A stretch of 64,000 bases of DNA from Polyangiales bacterium (GTDB lineage Bacteria > Myxococcota_A > Polyangia > Polyangiales > Polyangiaceae): assembly GCA_038231275.1 (NCBI GenBank), contig JBBRLQ010000010.1, forward strand, positions 1 to 64,000, in the 5' to 3' direction. The notes under the pieces are model-generated. The model was not told where the DNA came from. It did no database searches and was given only the letters and a program-made list of their open reading frames with translations. Position 1 is the first letter of the stretch; each line of letters starts with the position of its first letter. Positions 16,039-24,738 of this stretch are shown piece by piece. The translations under genes and the position numbers were made by a program.

Positions 16039-19000
16039 TCATTTACGTGTGCAGCGGAGCGGGTATCGCATCTGGACGGTCCGCGAGCTCGCGGAGACGA
16101 CGACCACCGGGATGGAGCCCGCCGGAGCCGGCCGAGTGGGGCCCGAACGGACGAGCGCGGCGGCCTGATCGCCCCCGAGAGCGCCCATCGTGCCTGCCAG
16201 GCGCTCCACGCAGGCGGCCGTCGGCGTGATGCGGACGCGTGCGTCCGTGGTCGAGAGCGAGCCGGCGCTTTTGCCGGCGACCTGAATTCGGACCCCGTTG
16301 TTCCACGGCGTGTCGAGCACCCACCCCGCGTCGTCCTCTCCGCAGAGCGGCACGGCCCCGCGATCGCCGAGGTCCGCGGCGCCGAGCGGCTCGGGCTCGC
16401 CGAGGGCTCCGGTGTCGACGTCGATCGGCAAGACCCAGCGGAGGGCGCCGGCGCGATCGGGGCTGGGCTGTCCGTCGACGACGAAGCCCAGGGCGCGGCT
16501 GTCGGAGCGGCGCGCGAGCCTCGACCCGCTGGGCCGCGAGTCCATCCCGGCGCGCGGGACGCGGGCGAGCTCACGCGCGGTGGCGCCGTCGAGCTGCAAG
16601 ATCACGTTGGTCCACTCGGTCGCCGGTGGCGTCGAGAGGTACCAGCGCCCGCCCATACGCACCGCCGACTCGATCTCGCCGAACGGCTCGCCGTCGGCGC
16701 GTCGCACCTCCACCGGCGCGCGCCCTTCTTCCAGCTCGAAGAGCGTGATCTCGTAGCCGCGCCCGTTCGATTTTCGCGCGGCAAGGAGCGCGTGCGCGCC
16801 GTCGTCGGAGACGCCGAGCTGCCACGTGGCCATGATCGGCACCGAGCTCGGTGAGGCGAAGCGGGCGGCGTCGAGGAGCATCTGCGGAGGCGCTGACGGA
16901 AGGGACGCGCGCACGTCTTGCCAACCGCCGAACGGAGAGACCCAGCGCGCGACCCATCGGCTCGCGTGCTCCCACTCGCCGTTCTTCGGTCCCCACGCGT
17001 AGACGCGCGCGAGCGGCCCGGTGCGGGGGAAGCGCTCGAGCCGCTCAGCGGCTTCGGCGGTGACGCCGCGCTCGTCGGGATGGAGCGTCGGCGGCGGCGA
17101 GACGTAGAACGGCGGCAAATCCATGCCGGTCGACGCGCCGAGGACCGAGATCGTCGCGCCGCCCCACGGGTTCATGATCGCGGTGCCGCCCCTCCGCACG
17201 GGCTCGGGCGGCGCCGCCGCGCGACGAGGCTCCGGCGGTGTCGGCGGCGACGGCATCTGCGGCTCGCACACGAGCTGGAGCGGCTCGGGTGATCGCGTTG
17301 GCGGCGGGCGCGGTGGCAACGGGACGTCGATCGCAGAGGACTTGCGTGGCGGACCCCAGCCGACGCGAAGCCAGCCGGCCGCCGTGCACCCGACCGGCCC
17401 GCACGCGCGCGCGCCGACCGCGCGCGCTGGCGTGAGCACGTCAGGAAGCTCGATCGGAGTCCACGTCATCCCACCGTCGATCGTCTCGACGCCGCGCCGT
17501 GACGCCGCCCACCCAAGGCCGTAGCGCCCGGCGACCATCGGCGCACCCGCGTCGTGGATGAACGGGCCGTGCGTGGTCCTCCCGTCGAGCACGATCTCGA
17601 GACCAAGCACCGCGCCGCCGGTGTCCACCCATCCGCCGAGCACGCCGGGCCGTCGCTCCTCCCAGCCGTCCAGCCACACGCCGAGCCGCAGCGCGCGCAC
17701 CACGTCTGCGGCAAGAGGCGCCGCGGGATCCGCGCCGCGCCCATGGATCGCGAGCGGCACCGTCTTCATGTCGACGCCATTTTTTAGGGTCAACCGCGCG
17801 GCTTCGAGATCGCCGTGAGGGACCGAGATCACCGCGATGCGCCCGTCGCCGAGCACGACGAGCCGATCGCCTGCCAAGGTGCCGGTGATCGGCAAGAGGT
17901 ACGGCGCGCCGCCGCGCGGGAGGACGCAGTACGACTGCGGCGGCGGTCGGACCCCTTCGCGATCGAGCGGAGGCGGAGCCGTGACGCCAGGATCTGCCCC
18001 TTGCGGATCGCACGTCCCGCGCGCCGCGACGGCGCCGTTGCCGAAGCCGAGGAGCGTGCGCGGCCGCTCGAAGCGCCACCTCTCCTGAAGCGCGCCGCGA
18101 GCGGCGTCGTACGCGTAGAGCACGGTCGGGCCGCGCACCTCTCCGCAGACGAAACCGAACGCGCCGGGCGCGCGCTCCGTCGGCAGCGCGAGGGCATGGC
18201 ATCGCGAAGGGGTGAGACGGAACGCGTCCGGCACATGCTCCACCAGCGCGCCGTCGCCGAGGCGCACGCGCGAGAGTGCGCCGTCGCGGGCCACGATGAC
18301 GGTCCCATCGCGGAGCGGCCACCCGTCCTCGATCGCCGCGACGAGCGGTCGCTTTCCCAGCGGCCGCGCGCCCTCGAGGGCCCCCCTCTCCTTCTCACTC
18401 TGCTTCTTCTCTCTCTCTCTCTCTCTCTCGCTCTCTCTCTCGCTCTCTCGCGCATGGAGATCGTCGCGATCGCCCTTCGCGGGAGGCGTCACCGGGCTCG
18501 CGCCGAGGCGACCGACCTGACCGTCGGGGCGCACCTCGAACCAGACCTCGTCGCGCGCGGCATCGAAGCCGCCCACGGCGATCTGTCCGTCGTGGAGGAG
18601 CACGTTCTTCACGTCGAGCGGGAGCTGCAGCGGACGCCACGTCGCGCCTGCGTCGAACGTCGCGACGGCACCTCGGAGATCGTTGACGGCGACCGCGCGC
18701 CAGCCGTCGGCCGCGACGTAACGCCCGACGAACGACGAGCCCGGCCACGGCCCGAGATCGAGCCGCGCGCCTGTGCGTCCGTCGATCGCCGTGTGCGCGC
18801 CGTTCGACGCACGGAGGTACACGCGGTCGAGGCCGAGCACGACGCTCTGCACGCTGGCGGTCGACTGGAAGATCGGCTTTGCCTCGGCGAGCCACTTGTC
18901 GGCGCGCCAGATCGTGCTCCCGAGGCTGCCGCTTCCGAGGACGAACAAGAATCCGCCGCCGAGGCGCTCGGGCAGCGCGATCGTCTGCAGCGGCGCTTGC

Positions 19001-19299
19001 GGGAGCCGCTCGTCGCTCGCGAGCACGGCTCCTGTCGGCAAGCTCACGACGCGGATGCCCGCCGCGATCGCGCGCAGCCCTCCTCCTGGCTCCACGCCGA
19101 GCGCGCGATCTTCGTGAACGGTCTCCGGCAACACGCGCGCGCCGCGCACGGTCGGGTCCGCCTCGGCGCCCGCGCCGTCCGCGTGGAGGCTACCGGCGCC
19201 CGGCGCGAACGCCGCGGGGCCAGGCCGCGCGCACGACGCCACCGCGAGCCCCCCCAAGGTCGGCAGGATCAGCGCCCGCCACGGCCAACGAACCGACAC
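16039..19299 (-). CDS. Large hypothetical lipoprotein (beta-rich, Asp-box-like motifs)
   Basis: Lipobox VASC; TFDAGATW and TIDGGMTW BNR-like motifs; Pro-rich linkers. Confidence 0.7.
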   Translation of the reverse strand: MSVRWPWRALILPTLGGLAVASCARPGPAAFAPGAGSLHADGAGAEADPTVRGARVLPETVHEDRALGVEPGGGLRAIAAGIRVVSLPTGAVLASDERLPQAPLQTIALPERLGGGFLFVLGSGSLGSTIWRADKWLAEAKPIFQSTASVQSVVLGLDRVYLRASNGAHTAIDGRTGARLDLGPWPGSSFVGRYVAADGWRAVAVNDLRGAVATFDAGATWRPLQLPLDVKNVLLHDGQIAVGGFDAARDEVWFEVRPDGQVGRLGASPVTPPAKGDRDDLHARESERESEREREREKKQSEKERGALEGARPLGKRPLVAAIEDGWPLRDGTVIVARDGALSRVRLGDGALVEHVPDAFRLTPSRCHALALPTERAPGAFGFVCGEVRGPTVLYAYDAARGALQERWRFERPRTLLGFGNGAVAARGTCDPQGADPGVTAPPPLDREGVRPPPQSYCVLPRGGAPYLLPITGTLAGDRLVVLGDGRIAVISVPHGDLEAARLTLKNGVDMKTVPLAIHGRGADPAAPLAADVVRALRLGVWLDGWEERRPGVLGGWVDTGGAVLGLEIVLDGRTTHGPFIHDAGAPMVAGRYGLGWAASRRGVETIDGGMTWTPIELPDVLTPARAVGARACGPVGCTAAGWLRVGWGPPRKSSAIDVPLPPRPPPTRSPEPLQLVCEPQMPSPPTPPEPRRAAAPPEPVRRGGTAIMNPWGGATISVLGASTGMDLPPFYVSPPPTLHPDERGVTAEAAERLERFPRTGPLARVYAWGPKNGEWEHASRWVARWVSPFGGWQDVRASLPSAPPQMLLDAARFASPSSVPIMATWQLGVSDDGAHALLAARKSNGRGYEITLFELEEGRAPVEVRRADGEPFGEIESAVRMGGRWYLSTPPATEWTNVILQLDGATARELARVPRAGMDSRPSGSRLARRSDSRALGFVVDGQPSPDRAGALRWVLPIDVDTGALGEPEPLGAADLGDRGAVPLCGEDDAGWVLDTPWNNGVRIQVAGKSAGSLSTTDARVRITPTAACVERLAGTMGALGGDQAAALVRSGPTRPAPAGSIPVVVVSASSRTVQMRYPLRCTRK
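18408..18449. repeat. (TC)n microsatellite inside the CDS, encoding a Glu-Arg run
   Basis: Perfect (TC)11 at 18408-18429, then interrupted CT repeats. Confidence 0.85.
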
Positions 19300-19415
19300 C
19301 CCTCGAGCGTAGCAGGCGGAGCGCCCGAGAAGCCCCCCCTAGAGGGTCAGATTGCCGCGCGGAACCGCTCGTGTTAGTGGCTCTGCCCTTCGGGACCCTT
19401 TCGCAGGTACAGACC

Positions 19416-19853
19416 GTGTCCTTCTTCGAAGACTTCAAGAAATTCGCGTTCAAAGGCAGCGTCGTCGATCTCGCCGTAGGCGTGATCATCGGCGGTGCGT
19501 TTGGCAAGATCGTCACGAAGTTGGTGGAGGACTTGGTGATGCCGGTCGTCGGGCTGGTGTTGCCGAGCGGGGACTGGCGAAACGCAGGGCTGGTGCTCCG
19601 GCACGCTCCCGATCCGAAGGACCACGTAATCCTGAAGTGGGGGGATTTCCTCGGAGCCATCGTCGATTTTATCGTTATCGCCGTCGTGCTGTACCTCGTC
19701 ATCTCCAAGATCGTCGCGATCGCGGAGCAGAAGTTGTCGAAGCCGAAGGCAGAAGAGGCGCCCAAAACCAAGGACTGCCCCTTCTGCCTCGAGGCGATTC
19801 CCGTGAAGGCCACGCGCTGCAAGGCCTGCACGTCCGAGCTCAAAGCTGCCTGA
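19416..19853 (+). CDS. mscL: Large-conductance mechanosensitive channel with a C-terminal Zn ribbon
   Basis: DFKKFAFKGSVVDLAVGVIIGGAFGKIV; C-terminal CPFC...RCKAC. Confidence 0.95.
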   Translation: MSFFEDFKKFAFKGSVVDLAVGVIIGGAFGKIVTKLVEDLVMPVVGLVLPSGDWRNAGLVLRHAPDPKDHVILKWGDFLGAIVDFIVIAVVLYLVISKIVAIAEQKLSKPKAEEAPKTKDCPFCLEAIPVKATRCKACTSELKAA

Positions 19854-19904
19854 GATTCCCTGTTGTCCTTCCCGCCGCGCTCGCGCGGTAACGTCGAGGT
19901 CCAT

Positions 19905-21707
19905 ATGCGTCGGCAACTGTTAACCTGCCTTGCGTTCGCGGCTACTGTGACCGCGGCTACCGCGGCCTTCGGGCAAAGCACGCCTGGCTTTGCGGTCGAT
20001 CGGTTCAACCCGTCCGAGCGCGGGAGCGAGTGGTTCGCGCTCGACTCGCTCGACATGCGCGGCAGCGCCCGACCCGCCATCGGCGTCGTCGGCGAGCTCG
20101 CGCTAAAGCCGCTCGCGATCCCGCAGGAGGGACCGGACGGCACGCACCTCACGGTGCTGAAGCACCAGTTCTATACGCACCTCGGCGCGAGCATGGTGCT
20201 CGGCGATCGCGTGCGCGCGGGCATCAACGTGCCGCTCCTCCTCTCCCAGGACGGGCAGAGCGGCCGAGCGTTCGGCCAGGACTACCAGGGCCCGAAAAAG
20301 GCAAGCCTCGGCGATCTCCGCTTCGGCGCGGATCTCCGGCTCGCCGGCCAGTACGGCGACGCGTTCATCCTCGCCGTCGGCGGCCAGCTGTTCCTGAACA
20401 CCGGCTCGGCCAACCTCTACACCGGCGACGATCGCGCGCGCGGCCAGGTTCACCTCAGCGCAGCGGGCGACATCGGCATCCTCGCCTACTCGGCGCGCGC
20501 CGGCTTCCTGTTCCACGAGAGCCACATCACCTTCGCCGGCCAGCCGATCGGCGACGAGTTCATCTGGGGCGGCGCCCTCGGTCTGCGCGTGGCCAACAAG
20601 AAGATGGTCATCGGACCGGAGATCTACGGCGGCACCCTCATCAGCTCGAAGCCGAGCAACCAGGTGCCGCTCGAAGTCCTCCTCGGCACGCACTACACGA
20701 TCGGCGAAGACTGGCGCATCGGCGCCGGCGCCGGCCCTGGTCTCTCCAAGGCCTACGGCTCGCCCGATCTCCGCATTCTCGGCTCGATCGAGTGGGTCCC
20801 CGGCTACCACCCGCCGGTTGCTGCGGCGTCCGACCTCGACGGCGACGGCATCCCCGACAACGAGGACGCGTGCCCGCGCAAGCCCGGCCCGCGCTCCGAC
20901 GATCCGACGAAGAACGGGTGCCCGATCCCGGCCCCGCTGGACAGGGATGGCGACGGCATCCTCGACAAGGACGACGCGTGCCCCGACGACGCGGGCCCCA
21001 AGACCGACGATCCGGCGACCAACGGCTGCCCGGACAAGGACGGCGACGGCATCCCCGACAAGGTCGACGCCTGCATCGACGTGAAGGGCGTCAAGACCGA
21101 CGACCCGAAGACGAACGGCTGCCCGCCCGACAGGGACGGCGACGGCATCCTCGACGCGGACGACGCGTGCCCCGACGTGAAGGGCGTCAAGACCGACGAC
21201 CCGAAGACGAACGGCTGCCCGCCCGATCCGGATCGTGACAAGGACGGCATCCTGAACGATGTCGACGCCTGCCCCGACGAGCCCGGCAAGGCGGATCCTG
21301 ATCCGAAGAAGAACGGCTGCCCGAAGGCCTTCGTGCAAGCGGGTCAGATCAAGATCACCGAGCAGGTGAAGTTCAAGTTCGGCAGCGCGCAGATCGAAGG
21401 CAAGGCCTCGGACGAGGTCCTCACCGCCGTCGTCTCGGTCCTGAAGGCGCACCCCGAGATCAAGAAGCTGCGCGTCGAGGGCCACACCGACAACGTCGGC
21501 GCGCCCGCGTTCAACAAGAAGCTCAGCGATGGCCGCGCGGCCAGCGTCGTCAAGTGGCTCACGGGCCACGGCGTCGCGAAGGACTCGCTCACGTCGCAGG
21601 GCTTCGGGCAGGAGAAGCCCATCGACTCGAACACGACAGCCGAAGGCCGGACGAACAACCGGCGCGTCGAGTTCCACATCGAGGGCGGAGCACCTCCCGC
21701 GAACTGA
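19905..21707 (+). CDS. OmpA-family outer-membrane protein: beta-barrel, thrombospondin type 3 repeats, OmpA domain (TraB-like architecture)
   Basis: Signal peptide; repeated DxDGDGIxDxxDACP..NGCP; VEGHTDNVG, LSDGRA and NRRVEF. Confidence 0.9.
   Translation: MRRQLLTCLAFAATVTAATAAFGQSTPGFAVDRFNPSERGSEWFALDSLDMRGSARPAIGVVGELALKPLAIPQEGPDGTHLTVLKHQFYTHLGASMVLGDRVRAGINVPLLLSQDGQSGRAFGQDYQGPKKASLGDLRFGADLRLAGQYGDAFILAVGGQLFLNTGSANLYTGDDRARGQVHLSAAGDIGILAYSARAGFLFHESHITFAGQPIGDEFIWGGALGLRVANKKMVIGPEIYGGTLISSKPSNQVPLEVLLGTHYTIGEDWRIGAGAGPGLSKAYGSPDLRILGSIEWVPGYHPPVAAASDLDGDGIPDNEDACPRKPGPRSDDPTKNGCPIPAPLDRDGDGILDKDDACPDDAGPKTDDPATNGCPDKDGDGIPDKVDACIDVKGVKTDDPKTNGCPPDRDGDGILDADDACPDVKGVKTDDPKTNGCPPDPDRDKDGILNDVDACPDEPGKADPDPKKNGCPKAFVQAGQIKITEQVKFKFGSAQIEGKASDEVLTAVVSVLKAHPEIKKLRVEGHTDNVGAPAFNKKLSDGRAASVVKWLTGHGVAKDSLTSQGFGQEKPIDSNTTAEGRTNNRRVEFHIEGGAPPAN
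21078..21226 (+). repeat. Identical 53-bp segments 96 bp apart (duplicated TSP3 unit)
   Basis: GACGTGAAGGGCGTCAAGACCGACGACCCGAAGACGAACGGCTGCCCGCCCGA at 21078 and 21174. Confidence 0.8.
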
Positions 21708-21724
21708 GGTCGCTTCGAACCTCT

Positions 21725-21771
21725 GCACAGCCGCCCGGCTTCGGTTCTCCGAGGTCGGGCGGTGGTGTTTT
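21725..21771 (+). terminator. Probable intrinsic terminator after the ompA-like gene
   Basis: CCGCCCGGCTTCGG-TTCT-CCGAGGTCGGGCGG followed by TGGTGTTTT. Confidence 0.65.
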
Positions 21772-21812
21772 GGGGGGCAGGACTTCGCGAAGAAACGCGA
21801 CGCCGCGAGCGC

Positions 21813-22949
21813 TCAGCGGCGCGATCGGCGAGCGCGACGGCGGGTGAGCGCGGCGGCGAGCGCGATCGCGGAGACGGCGAGGAGGCTCGCAGGGAGGGGC
21901 GCGCGCTCGGTCGTGCGGCACGAGCATCCACTCGAAGGGGAAGGTTGGGCGCCCAACGTGGGGCCTGTACCGGCGGCATCGGCGATCACGCCAGCATCAT
22001 CGGGCGGAGGCGGAGGCGGAGGCGGAGGGACGGCGCCGTCGGTGCCCGCATCGGAGACAGGGGCGCCGGGACACGTCGACGCGTGCGTGGTGCGGCTCTG
22101 CGCGCAGCTCGTTGGCGACGCGCACGCGGGCTGCGGAAGCGCAGGCGGCGAGCCGGTCGTGCCGATGTCGCCGCGGTTCGGATAGGCGGGCGCGAGCACG
22201 TCCCAGTGCGCGGCATCGGGCGGGTGCTCCATCCAGCCGAGAACGCGCTCTTGATACGTGTAGGATCCACCTTTCTTGGGATCGTACGGTCCGCGCCCGG
22301 CGGTGAGGTTGGGGTTATTGGGGTTGTTCGAGTACGCGAGGCCGTTGTAGGCCCAGATCGCGGTGTACCAGTCCTCGACCACGTCGGGATCGTTGTCGCC
22401 CACGCACTTCACGCTCGCCCACTTGTCGCGGAGGATCAGCGTGCCGGTGGCGAGGTTGTAGAGCGGATCCCCGGCGACCTTCGCGCGATCGAACGGCGGC
22501 GTCTCGCCTACGTGCATGCCGGTCGTGACCTGGCCGACGCCGTAGCCGCAGTCGAACGCCACGATCGTCCGCTCGGGCTTGCCGACCTCGCTTGCCGGGG
22601 CGTCGGGCACGCAGAACTGCTGCCAGTCGCTCTCCTGGATCGCGATCGCCATGAGCACGTGGCAAGGAAAGTGCGCGGGGACCTGCGTGAGCGGGTTGGG
22701 CTTTCCGCACCCGGAGCCCATCGTGCCGATCGCGGGACCGCCGGTGCCCCACGAGGCCTGTCCGCCGGCGACGGTCGTGAAGATGCCGTGCCACGCGCTG
22801 ACGGTAGGGTTCTTTCCCGGGACGGGATCCACGCCGCAGTTCTGGCCGCCCGCGGTGCCTGCGCGCGTGTAGCTCGGGCAGTACGCGCGCGCGCTCGGCG
22901 CGGCGAGCAGCAGTGTCACACCAATGGCGAGCGCGAGGCGACGCGTCAT
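21813..22949 (-). CDS. Lytic transglycosylase (SLT)-like protein with a MYXO-CTERM tail
   Basis: Signal peptide; AIAIQES, YGVGQV, DPLYNL and AIWAYNG motifs; C-terminal SGCSC, hydrophobic helix and RRR. Confidence 0.75.
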   Translation of the reverse strand: MTRRLALAIGVTLLLAAPSARAYCPSYTRAGTAGGQNCGVDPVPGKNPTVSAWHGIFTTVAGGQASWGTGGPAIGTMGSGCGKPNPLTQVPAHFPCHVLMAIAIQESDWQQFCVPDAPASEVGKPERTIVAFDCGYGVGQVTTGMHVGETPPFDRAKVAGDPLYNLATGTLILRDKWASVKCVGDNDPDVVEDWYTAIWAYNGLAYSNNPNNPNLTAGRGPYDPKKGGSYTYQERVLGWMEHPPDAAHWDVLAPAYPNRGDIGTTGSPPALPQPACASPTSCAQSRTTHASTCPGAPVSDAGTDGAVPPPPPPPPPDDAGVIADAAGTGPTLGAQPSPSSGCSCRTTERAPLPASLLAVSAIALAAALTRRRARRSRR

Positions 22950-23935
22950 CGCAGGCCGCCGCCGATCGGCTCGACGCGCTCGCCCGCCGCGGCGAGCCGG
23001 GCGACGAACGGCCCGTCGGGAGAGGCCGCAGCGGCAGTGGCCGACCATCGGACGTCCCCGTCGCGCGTGACGTAAGGCACCGGCGCCTCGTCGCGCTGCA
23101 CGTGGAGGCGCTCCTTGGTGCCCGCACGGAGATCGATTCGATCGACCACCCACGCGCGGCTGTCGTGATCGTCGCGGTTGCTCATCACGACGGCGCCGCG
23201 GCCGCGATCGACCGAGAAATCACGGGCGAACGGCAAGAGGGGAGTGACCACGCGCACGGCGCCGGAGCGGCGATCGATCGCGACGAGGTCGGCGCCCTCG
23301 AACGCGACGCGGTAGACGACGAGATCGTCGCCGAGCTCGCCGGCGATGTGCAGGGTGTAGCCGCTCCACGTCGTGATCCGGCGTGTCGCCCCCGTCTCGG
23401 CATCGACCGCGTCGAGGGCGATGGCGTCGGTGCGCAGGCGTCCTTGCACGGCCTCGTCGCGCGTCGGCCAGGATCCCGGCGCGCCGCGCTCGACGTAGAC
23501 GCTCCCGTCCGCTGACGCGAGCGGGCGGCTCGCGTGGTAGAGGCCTCGCACCAAAATGCGATCGCCGCGCGCGTCGACGAGGTGGAGCGCCGCACCCCAG
23601 TCGGCGTCGGCGGCGCCCGCCTCGTCGGCGACGAGCACGACGCCGCGACCTCCGGCGAGCACGTCACCGCGAACGACCGCGCCGCGCGCGTGCGGCACCG
23701 TCACGCGAAGGACCTCGCGGACGCTCGCCACACCGGATGCGCCAGGCACGTCCTCGACGACGCGAACCTCGCTCCTCTCGGCGTCTGCGTGCGCGGGCGT
23801 CGCGAGGAGCGCCACGGGACCAGGACCGCGCGCGGCCGCGGCAGGCGCGCTGGCGGCGCCGTGAGGAACCACCGCAAGACCGGCGAGGACCGCGACGACG
23901 GCAGCGGCGAGGGCGAGGCCACTCTTCCTCATCAC
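22946..23935 (-). CDS. Secreted hypothetical protein (beta-propeller-like)
   Basis: Signal peptide; stop overlaps the SLT start (ATGA). Confidence 0.6.
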   Translation of the reverse strand: MMRKSGLALAAAVVAVLAGLAVVPHGAASAPAAAARGPGPVALLATPAHADAERSEVRVVEDVPGASGVASVREVLRVTVPHARGAVVRGDVLAGGRGVVLVADEAGAADADWGAALHLVDARGDRILVRGLYHASRPLASADGSVYVERGAPGSWPTRDEAVQGRLRTDAIALDAVDAETGATRRITTWSGYTLHIAGELGDDLVVYRVAFEGADLVAIDRRSGAVRVVTPLLPFARDFSVDRGRGAVVMSNRDDHDSRAWVVDRIDLRAGTKERLHVQRDEAPVPYVTRDGDVRWSATAAAASPDGPFVARLAAAGERVEPIGGGLR

Positions 23936-23993
23936 CCTCAGTGTCGCACATTTTTGCTAAAGCCCCCGTCGCCGCGACCGTACGTCTTCCCGT

Positions 23994-24722
23994 ATGGCCT
24001 CCGAACCACGGGACGACCTCGTCGAGCAGGCACGCGTCGCGGTCCTCGGGACGCTCTGCGGCGGAATCGCGCACGAGATGTCGAACCCCTTGTCGTACAT
24101 CCTGGCGAACCTGCGGTTTTTGGCCGACGAGCTGCCCGGCATCCTCCGGCAGTCGCCGGACGCCTCGCGCCTCGACGCCGAGCAGAGCCTCGCGGACGCA
24201 CTCGAGGGCGTCGAGCGACTGGAGACGCTCGTAGGCACCCTTCGCGGATACGCCCGCGGCGACGCCGAGCGGCGAGGCCCGGTGGACGTCCGCGCGACCC
24301 TCGAGCGCGCGCTCACCCTCGCGAAGAGCGACCTTCGCCGCCGCGCGCGCGTCGTCCCGACGTTCGAGGGATCTCCGGTGGCCCTCGCCAACGAGGTCGG
24401 CCTCGTGCAGGTCGTCATCGCGCTGCTCCTCCATGCCTCCCGCTACTTCGACCCTCGCGACTCCGACCACGAGATCGCGCTCACCTGCGCCACGAACGGT
24501 CACGCGGTCGAGATCGCGATCCGCTTCGAGCCGCCCGTCGGCATGGATGGCCCCGCGCGCGGCGAGCCCTCCGACCTCGCGATGTGCCGCCGCGTGGTCG
24601 CCTCGCTCGACGGCGCCTTCCGCATCGCGCGTGAGGATCGAAAGACGACCTACTTCGTCAGCCTCCACGCGCACGCGCCGCCGCAGGCCGCCCGCGACAG
24701 CCTCCCGCCTCGCGCGGCGTAA
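23994..24722 (+). CDS. Histidine-kinase-like protein: HisKA with a degenerate HATPase and no sensor
   Basis: H-box GIAHEMSNPLSYILANL; N, G1 and G2 boxes degenerate. Confidence 0.75.
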   Translation: MASEPRDDLVEQARVAVLGTLCGGIAHEMSNPLSYILANLRFLADELPGILRQSPDASRLDAEQSLADALEGVERLETLVGTLRGYARGDAERRGPVDVRATLERALTLAKSDLRRRARVVPTFEGSPVALANEVGLVQVVIALLLHASRYFDPRDSDHEIALTCATNGHAVEIAIRFEPPVGMDGPARGEPSDLAMCRRVVASLDGAFRIAREDRKTTYFVSLHAHAPPQAARDSLPPRAA

Positions 24723-24738
24723 GACCCTCTCGGCCCGC

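Noticed and set aside
19905..23935. traAB kin-recognition locus
   Set aside because: The neighbouring MYXO-CTERM protein is convergent and SLT-like, not TraA
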